Shown: positions 57,842 through 64,000 of the stretch, piece by piece
Layout of the letters: every line of letters starts with the position of its first letter
Numbering within the stretch: position 1 is the stretch's first letter
Assembly (NCBI GenBank): GCA_038883795.1
Contig: JAVZLK010000003.1
Location: 32,001-96,000 of the forward strand
Length of the DNA stretch: 64,000 bases
Direction: 5' to 3'
Source of the DNA: Candidatus Bathyarchaeia archaeon
Lineage (GTDB): Archaea > Thermoproteota > Bathyarchaeia > Bathyarchaeales > Bathycorpusculaceae
Made by a program: the position numbers and the translations under genes
Notes under the pieces: generated by a model
Database searches by the model: none
What the model was told of the DNA's origin: nothing
The model's input: the letters and a program-made list of their open reading frames with translations, nothing else

Positions 57842-59447
57842 TTGCTTTTACCTCCTCCCCAGCAACAACTTTTTCATAAATCTGTTTTGGTCTGGCGTAA
57901 TATTCTGCAATGATTGCAGCCACATCTTTGTAACTTCTTATGTTACGTTCACGCATCCAGTGGAGAATTTCTTTGCGCCTCTCTATCTCCTCAATTAACT
58001 CCTTTTTGGTTGCGCCTATGCGCTCAGAAATTTGCGACAACATCAAACTTTTGTCGAAGGCGGGTATGTGAGCGTCTTTTGTTGGGTGCCACTTGAAAGC
58101 ACATCTATAATCTTCGTAATCTGCGATTTCGTTGACATTAATTACACGTCTATACGCTTTCCTTTCGGCACCTTTTACCAAGTGAACCCTTTGAATGGAT
58201 AACACGATGTTCATCAATGGGATATAGGCTGGCGAAATGTCCATGGGCTTTGATGTTAACCGCTTAACTGCCGAATCTAAGTTTTCAGCGTGCATTGTGC
58301 ACATGCCACCGTGTCCTGTGGCTAAAGCTTGGAAGAGCACATAGGCTTCTTGCCCCCTCACCTCACCCACAATCAATATGTCTGGTCTATGTCTCATTGA
58401 AGTCTTTACTAAGTCAAAGAGGGTTACTTCGCCTACGCTGCTTCCGCCTAAGCCATAGCTTTGTCTGGCAATGAGCGAAACCCAGTTTTCATGGGGTAGG
58501 TTAAGCTCTGCCGTTTCTTCTATTGTTACTATTTTGCTTCCAGGCTTAATTAGGCAAGCTAAAGCGTTTAGGGCTGTGGTTTTCCCAGCAGCCGTTCCAC
58601 CCAAAACCATAATTGAAGCCCTATTTTCGAGGCAAAGCCAGAAATAGGCTGCCATCTCCTCTGAGAAGGTGCCCAAATTTATTAAGTCAATTATTGAATA
58701 GGGATCTTCTCTAAATTTCCTAATAGTGAAGGCTGTTCCAAAAGGCGTAACCTCACGTCTATAACATACTGCAAGTCTATGCTTGCCCGGCAGTGAAGCG
58801 TCCACTATGGGAAAGGCTGAACTTACATGTTTTCCAGCCATGTGCACAAGCTTTACAACCATGTTGTCGAGTTCTTCATCATTCTCAAATTCCAAATTTG
58901 TTTCAATACTCTCGTAGTTTCGGTGCCAAACATAAACTGGCTTGTTAACTCCATCACATGAAATATCCTCAATATTTGGATCCCGCATTAACGGGTCGAT
59001 TTTGCCAAAACCTACAAGGTCCCTTTCAGCATGATAGAGAATCTTATACCATGAAACGTCAGGGAGCCATCCCAAGCTTATGCGGTATTTGTCAACGATT
59101 TTTTTGGCTTCTTCTGCGAAGAATTTTCTGGGGTCAAGGATTTCCTCTTTTGGTGACTCTATTTCTGCCAATAAAATTTCTAATATGCGGTTGTAAACGC
59201 TTCTTTCAAGGGGGTCAAGCTGCAACTCATCTAAGATGTATTTGTACTCGCCAGTTTTTGGGTACTGAACTATTGCGACATGAGCAAATGGTTCATAGAG
59301 TGGGTACTTCTCAACAACTTTATATCCTCTCGGTATGGGTTTTGGTGGCGGTGGGGGAATAACTACTTTAGGCTTTCGTTTAATGTTAAATTTGACTCTC
59401 ACTCTTTTAAGTTTAGTTAACGTCTCTTTGAGCTTCAGTCGTGCCAT
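57819..59447 (-). CDS. Type IV pilus assembly ATPase (VirB11/FlaI-like)
   Basis: DPNIEDISCDG, TIRKF, GGTAAGKTT, RHRPD.LIVGEVRG.EA, TGH. Confidence 0.95.
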   Translation of the reverse strand: MARLKLKETLTKLKRVRVKFNIKRKPKVVIPPPPPKPIPRGYKVVEKYPLYEPFAHVAIVQYPKTGEYKYILDELQLDPLERSVYNRILEILLAEIESPKEEILDPRKFFAEEAKKIVDKYRISLGWLPDVSWYKILYHAERDLVGFGKIDPLMRDPNIEDISCDGVNKPVYVWHRNYESIETNLEFENDEELDNMVVKLVHMAGKHVSSAFPIVDASLPGKHRLAVCYRREVTPFGTAFTIRKFREDPYSIIDLINLGTFSEEMAAYFWLCLENRASIMVLGGTAAGKTTALNALACLIKPGSKIVTIEETAELNLPHENWVSLIARQSYGLGGSSVGEVTLFDLVKTSMRHRPDILIVGEVRGQEAYVLFQALATGHGGMCTMHAENLDSAVKRLTSKPMDISPAYIPLMNIVLSIQRVHLVKGAERKAYRRVINVNEIADYEDYRCAFKWHPTKDAHIPAFDKSLMLSQISERIGATKKELIEEIERRKEILHWMRERNIRSYKDVAAIIAEYYARPKQIYEKVVAGEEVKAIAVSRNP

Positions 59448-59512
59448 TGCGTTTTCTCCTAATCAATTATTATGATATGTACGGTCTATTAAATATTACG
59501 TCTCACGAAACT

Positions 59513-62179
59513 TTACTCCGACCCCTCTTCTTCACCCGCAGAAATTTCAATAATCTTCAACTTAACGAGCACGATGATCACGACGGCGATGATCAATGGA
59601 ATAAGAATTATTAGAAGCATAGTCATCCAAGGCAAACCTTCACTAGGCTTTGCTTCTGGGCTGACGGTTATTGAAATTTGCTCTTCTTCGCTTAAATATC
59701 CGTACTTTGTAGCGTTGGCAGTAATGTTGACAGTGAGCGATGTTGTTGTTTGAGGAGCAATGTAAACGAAGGTGCAATAGCCATCAGCATCCGTCCAATT
59801 TGTCGTGATAGGAATGCTTCCATCAGTGCATGAGAGAGTAACTGCTGCATTGAAAACTGGAGTTTGGTTGCAAGTGACATGCACACTTACTAAGGTAGAT
59901 TCCTCTGGAGCAATTGCTGACTTGACTATTATTTCGACATTGATTATTCCTGGATTGACGGCTATGTTAAGCCAATTTTCTCCATCAACGTATCCCTCTT
60001 TAGTTGCTTTCGCCAAAAGTGTTATGTTACATGCTTCATCCACTGGGGGCGCCGTGAAAGTGAATGTTGCAGTACCTGCCTCATCACTTAAGACAAAAGC
60101 TGGAATGAAATTTCCTCCACTTTCAGACGTCAATGTTATATTCGCTTCTGCAATTGGGTTTCCTTCGTATGACACCTGAACCGTCACAGCCATTTTTCCC
60201 TCTGAAGTGATGATAGCGGGATCTGCTGTGACTTCAACAAAAAGCACTTTTGGTTCTATAGGTATCGTGCATAAACCTTGTCCCTTTCCATAACCAGTTT
60301 TTGTGGCAATAACCAGAATAGTACTGTTTATTTGAGTTAAGGTTTGAGAGGCTGTAAAACTGAAAATTGCCATACCATTGGCGTCTGTAACGCCTGTTGT
60401 TGCCGAAAGGTCACCATTTTCAGCGGATAGCGTAAGCGAAACATCGGAAACGGGTATTTCAAAACTATCCAACACTTGAACTGTGATTGTTGCTGTTTCT
60501 TCAGATTTAAGCGTAGGTGGGTCAGCGCTCATTTGAACAGTAAGGGGTGGAATAACTTTCAAATAATCGTGGGCTGAACCATCAGTGTAAGAAAGTTTTG
60601 AAGCCCTCGCAATGATTCTAACATCCGTCACTTCAGTGACATTTGGCGCTTTAAACACAGCAGTAAAATAACCTGAGGAATTTGTTAACCCAGAAAATGG
60701 CGTGAAAATTCCACCTTTTACAGAGAAAAATGTTACATTCGCATTTTCTACAGCACTTGTCCCGTAAGAGACATAAGCAGTAACAAAAACCTCATCATTA
60801 TATTCCACCTTATAATTACTAAGAGTAATAGATACCTTTAAAGATGGTAGGTTCATAACGTTTATTTGTGCAGAAACAATATTGCTTGTAACGTTGAAAT
60901 CGTCCCTAACTTTTAATCTCACAGAATAGGTACCTACGGAAGAATAGTTATAGGTGAAGAGGGATAGGGTTGTCCAGTCGCTGCTTTTTCCATCACCGAA
61001 ATCGTAGAAGTAATAGTTAATTCGTCCGTCATCATGGGAGTCAGCACCTACGAAGGTGACTGGTTGATTTGGCGCAACTAAAACCTTATCTGTCCAGAGA
61101 ATTGCCGTTGGAGGAGCATTACTGTAATCTATGGGATGCGTTAAGAAGAAGATGAAGTCAAGATTAATCCCATCACCGCCAACCGGATTTCCTTTTCCAT
61201 GCGGGTTTAATGTTGGATGGTAAGGTCCACTTTCGTTGCCCCAATAATTGTATGTTGCATCCACAGTGGCTCCAGAGGAAACGTCCATGCCTAACTCGTT
61301 GCCAGTTATGTCGTTGAAATGGGCTATATGGCCTGTTCCGCTTTCATACATGATTCCAACATGATTGTTCAAAATGTAATTTCTTGTAATGTTGGTAACA
61401 GCATCGCTTGAAACGCAAAAACCATAATTGTTTTGTGAAACTGTGTTATTCACGATAACAGTGTTGCCATAAGTTTCAGCCTCGCAGAGTATTCCGCTGT
61501 GCTGGTTAAAGGATATTTCGTTTTGAGTTATGCTTACTGATGTTAAAACTCCGTTTAATATTATGCCGTCTCCATTACCGCTTACGAAGTTATTCAACAC
61601 ATAGACTTGGCTGCCACCACTTACGAAAATTCCACCTACACTGTTGTTTAACACCTCACAATCTTCAACATGCACATAGCCACCAAAAATTGCAACTCCA
61701 TTTTCAGAATTGTATCTAACAGTGCTTTCTTGAATATTCACATAACCATTTTCTACGGTTATCCCATTCAAGCCATATTCTATAATACAATTTGAGAGTA
61801 AAGATTCTTGTGCAGAATTAAACCAAAGCGTTCCCCATCCGCCAGCTTTAGGTTCAAGCTCGTTTGAAGTAAACCTTATCGTTTTATCCTCTGTGCCTTC
61901 TGCAATAAGTTTGCCTTCTATGGTTATGTTAAAAAATCCTCCAAAGCGCACTTCAACCCCTGGCTCAATGGTTAAAGTTGCATTGGAACAAACTATAGTT
62001 TCGTTTGAAATTATGAAGGGACTTTCCACAAGAGTCCATGTAGTATCTAATGTAATGTATCCTTCAACATAAGTTGCTCTTACAGGAAGAAATAACATTA
62101 TGTTTGCAAAACTAAAAATGCTAAAAATCAAAGTTAACAGAATAAAGTATGCCCTAAATTGCTTCTTCATGTTTTCCAT
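59513..62179 (-). CDS. Membrane-anchored surface protein: beta-helix, PKD and tandem Ig-like (Big_1-like) domains
   Basis: Signal peptide; parallel beta-helix repeats; YDFGDG PKD motif; repeated G.TD..G...F.F.AP units; C-terminal TM. Confidence 0.85.
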   Translation of the reverse strand: MENMKKQFRAYFILLTLIFSIFSFANIMLFLPVRATYVEGYITLDTTWTLVESPFIISNETIVCSNATLTIEPGVEVRFGGFFNITIEGKLIAEGTEDKTIRFTSNELEPKAGGWGTLWFNSAQESLLSNCIIEYGLNGITVENGYVNIQESTVRYNSENGVAIFGGYVHVEDCEVLNNSVGGIFVSGGSQVYVLNNFVSGNGDGIILNGVLTSVSITQNEISFNQHSGILCEAETYGNTVIVNNTVSQNNYGFCVSSDAVTNITRNYILNNHVGIMYESGTGHIAHFNDITGNELGMDVSSGATVDATYNYWGNESGPYHPTLNPHGKGNPVGGDGINLDFIFFLTHPIDYSNAPPTAILWTDKVLVAPNQPVTFVGADSHDDGRINYYFYDFGDGKSSDWTTLSLFTYNYSSVGTYSVRLKVRDDFNVTSNIVSAQINVMNLPSLKVSITLSNYKVEYNDEVFVTAYVSYGTSAVENANVTFFSVKGGIFTPFSGLTNSSGYFTAVFKAPNVTEVTDVRIIARASKLSYTDGSAHDYLKVIPPLTVQMSADPPTLKSEETATITVQVLDSFEIPVSDVSLTLSAENGDLSATTGVTDANGMAIFSFTASQTLTQINSTILVIATKTGYGKGQGLCTIPIEPKVLFVEVTADPAIITSEGKMAVTVQVSYEGNPIAEANITLTSESGGNFIPAFVLSDEAGTATFTFTAPPVDEACNITLLAKATKEGYVDGENWLNIAVNPGIINVEIIVKSAIAPEESTLVSVHVTCNQTPVFNAAVTLSCTDGSIPITTNWTDADGYCTFVYIAPQTTTSLTVNITANATKYGYLSEEEQISITVSPEAKPSEGLPWMTMLLIILIPLIIAVVIIVLVKLKIIEISAGEEEGSE

Positions 62180-62318
62180 CTCTCAGTTATCAAGTATCGC
62201 TATGCCACTAACAGTTTAAGCATTATGAATTCTGAATAAAACTTCAAAATCTGTAATAAGCGTCTTAGCAAGAGATTTAATGCCGTAAGATAACAACCAT
62301 AACAAGAGGAGGAAAAAT

Positions 62319-63092
62319 TTGAAAAGTTTCATAGCCTTCGCTCTAAACGATTTTCCTCTAATAAAACCAGGGGATAACGTAGCAAAGATAATTGTGGAAA
62401 CCGCCGGAAAGAATGGCTTGAAGATTGAGGACGGCGACATAATAGCTGTTGCTCAAAAAATTTTCTCTAAAGCCGAAAAGAGAGTTGTGAAATTGAGGGA
62501 TGTCATCCCTTCAGAGAAAGCCAAAGAAATTGCAAAAATAACAGGTAAAGGACCGAAATTTGTTGAGCTTGTTCTTAAAGAAACAAAGAGAATAGTGAAG
62601 GCTTCCCGTGAGATTTTATTAGTGGAGGACAAACGCGGTTTGGTGTGCATAAACGCTGGGATAGATAAATCAAACGTGGAGGGAATGGAAAACTATGCAT
62701 TACTTCCACAAAATCCCGATGAATCAGCACAAAAATGCCGCAGAGAAATTAAAAGACTAACAGGCAAAAATGTTGCCGTAATAATATGCGACACCTACAG
62801 TCGCCCCTTCAAAAGGGGACAAGTAAACTTCGCCATTGGTTTGGCTGGCATAAAACCCTTCAAAGACTACCGTGGAAAAAGGGACCTTTTCGGACAAATC
62901 TTAAAAGTTAAAAACGTTGCAATTGCCGATGAGATTGCTGCAGCAGCAGAACTTCTCATGGGACAAGCGGATGAGGCAACACCAGTGGTCATTTTCAAAG
63001 GCCTAAACAACATCGTGCAATTTTGTGAAAACTGCAGTGCCAATGAGCTTCAGATTTCAAGGGAAGAGGATCTCTTTAAAGAAGCATTATAA
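62319..63092 (+). CDS. cofE: Coenzyme F420-0:L-glutamate ligase
   Basis: PLIKPGD, QKIFSKAE, NAGIDKSN, DTYSRPFKRG, ADEIAAAAELLMGQ. Confidence 0.94.
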   Translation: MKSFIAFALNDFPLIKPGDNVAKIIVETAGKNGLKIEDGDIIAVAQKIFSKAEKRVVKLRDVIPSEKAKEIAKITGKGPKFVELVLKETKRIVKASREILLVEDKRGLVCINAGIDKSNVEGMENYALLPQNPDESAQKCRREIKRLTGKNVAVIICDTYSRPFKRGQVNFAIGLAGIKPFKDYRGKRDLFGQILKVKNVAIADEIAAAAELLMGQADEATPVVIFKGLNNIVQFCENCSANELQISREEDLFKEAL

Positions 63093-63722
63093 ATCTTGCA
63101 AAAAAGGATTGTTAAGCTTCTCTTCACCAATGGTTGTTATAGGTCCATGTCCAGGATAAACAATATAATGGTCAGGCAAAGCTGCCAATTTCTTTAGAGA
63201 CTTCATCATATCTTGCTCAGAGCTTTCCGGAAAATCGGTTCTTCCAATAGAACCCCAAAACAACGTGTCGCCAGTAAAAACTTCCTTATCACCAATAAAC
63301 GCTACCCCTCCACGGCTATGACCAGGCATATGCATAACCTTTAGAGTTATTTTTCCAAATTTGACTAAATCTTCGTCGTGAAGCATTATGTCGGGTTCTG
63401 GCGAGAAACTCCTAAAAACAAAAAAATTAGCAATTGTTTTACCTTTCTTGCCAAGCATAGTGGAGTCGAACTCGTGAATTAGGATGGGCACGTTAAATTT
63501 TTCCTTAACAATTCCGTTTCCACAAGTATGATCGGGATGCCCATGAGTGTTCAAAATAAACTTCAATATTAAAGATTTATCATTAATGTAACTGAAAATT
63601 TTTTCCGCTTCATGGCTGTCGTCAAAACCCGGATCTATTATTACTGCTTCCCTTGTTTGCTCACAGTTTACAACATAACAATTTGTCATCAACTGGCCAA
63701 CAGTAAACAACTGCACTATCAT
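63087..63722 (-). CDS. Glyoxalase II-like metallo-beta-lactamase-fold hydrolase
   Basis: TNCY, IDPG, THGHPDH, PGHS.G, FTGDTLF.GSIGRTD, YPGHG. Confidence 0.92.
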   Translation of the reverse strand: MIVQLFTVGQLMTNCYVVNCEQTREAVIIDPGFDDSHEAEKIFSYINDKSLILKFILNTHGHPDHTCGNGIVKEKFNVPILIHEFDSTMLGKKGKTIANFFVFRSFSPEPDIMLHDEDLVKFGKITLKVMHMPGHSRGGVAFIGDKEVFTGDTLFWGSIGRTDFPESSEQDMMKSLKKLAALPDHYIVYPGHGPITTIGEEKLNNPFLQDL

Positions 63723-63837
63723 TAACGTTCACTAATGAAGCCTAATTAATAGCTCTTCTGATTTTGCTGCACAATAAACCTTACCGAAAGCATTAAGTTT
63801 TTAGAAAAAACAATAACTATTGGAGATTGGAGAATCT

Positions 63838-64000
63838 TTGAAGCTTCAAGAGATTGAAGAAGCATTTAGCCACTTTAAAATATGCCCCAAATGCAAGTCT
63901 ACAAAGGGTTTTTGGCTTGGGATAAAACGTGACATTGGCTATGTTCAATGCAAAGATTGCGGAGCAAAATTTGAACTTCATGAAGTTTACACCTTTGGCG
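63838..64000 (+). CDS. Small zinc-ribbon protein, truncated by the window end (not in the ORF track)
   Basis: GGAG SD then TTG; MKLQEIEEAFSHFKICPKCKSTKGFWLG...VQCKDCGAKFEL. Confidence 0.75.
   Translation, partial: MKLQEIEEAFSHFKICPKCKSTKGFWLGIKRDIGYVQCKDCGAKFELHEVYTFG

Noticed and set aside
48827-59447. Archaellum (motility) operon
   Set aside because: No FlaH/F/G, archaellin-like major subunit or chemotaxis genes; the organisation fits a type IV pilus.

Overview
This 64-kb window is archaeal chromosomal DNA. Its gene content points to a TACK archaeon, most likely Bathyarchaeia (inference from the ACDS/Wood-Ljungdahl operon, CofE, stand-alone 5S rRNA, eL38, short XPF, SmAP3 and DUF1512). 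Most of it is housekeeping: the PolB C-terminus, DnaG, Tyr/Phe/Trp-tRNA synthetases, a split MetE with an MTHFR-like gene, cooC-cdhABCDE, TgtA, XPD/XPF, sugar-phosphate enzymes and a type IV pilus locus. Four things stand out. (1) Two integrase-less mini-cassettes (1440 and 1160 bp) are stacked in tandem at the 3' end of tRNA-Trp. They share att cores, a ~145-bp left arm, a short right arm and 16-bp inverted repeats, but carry unrelated toxin/antitoxin-like cargo. (2) That tRNA-Trp has two introns, one containing C/D-box guides against its own exons. (3) An unassigned ~216-nt, highly structured RNA lies upstream of tyrS. (4) The window encodes a pentameric ligand-gated ion channel and a eukaryote-like presenilin. 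All calls come from reading the sequence and recognising motifs; no database searches were run.
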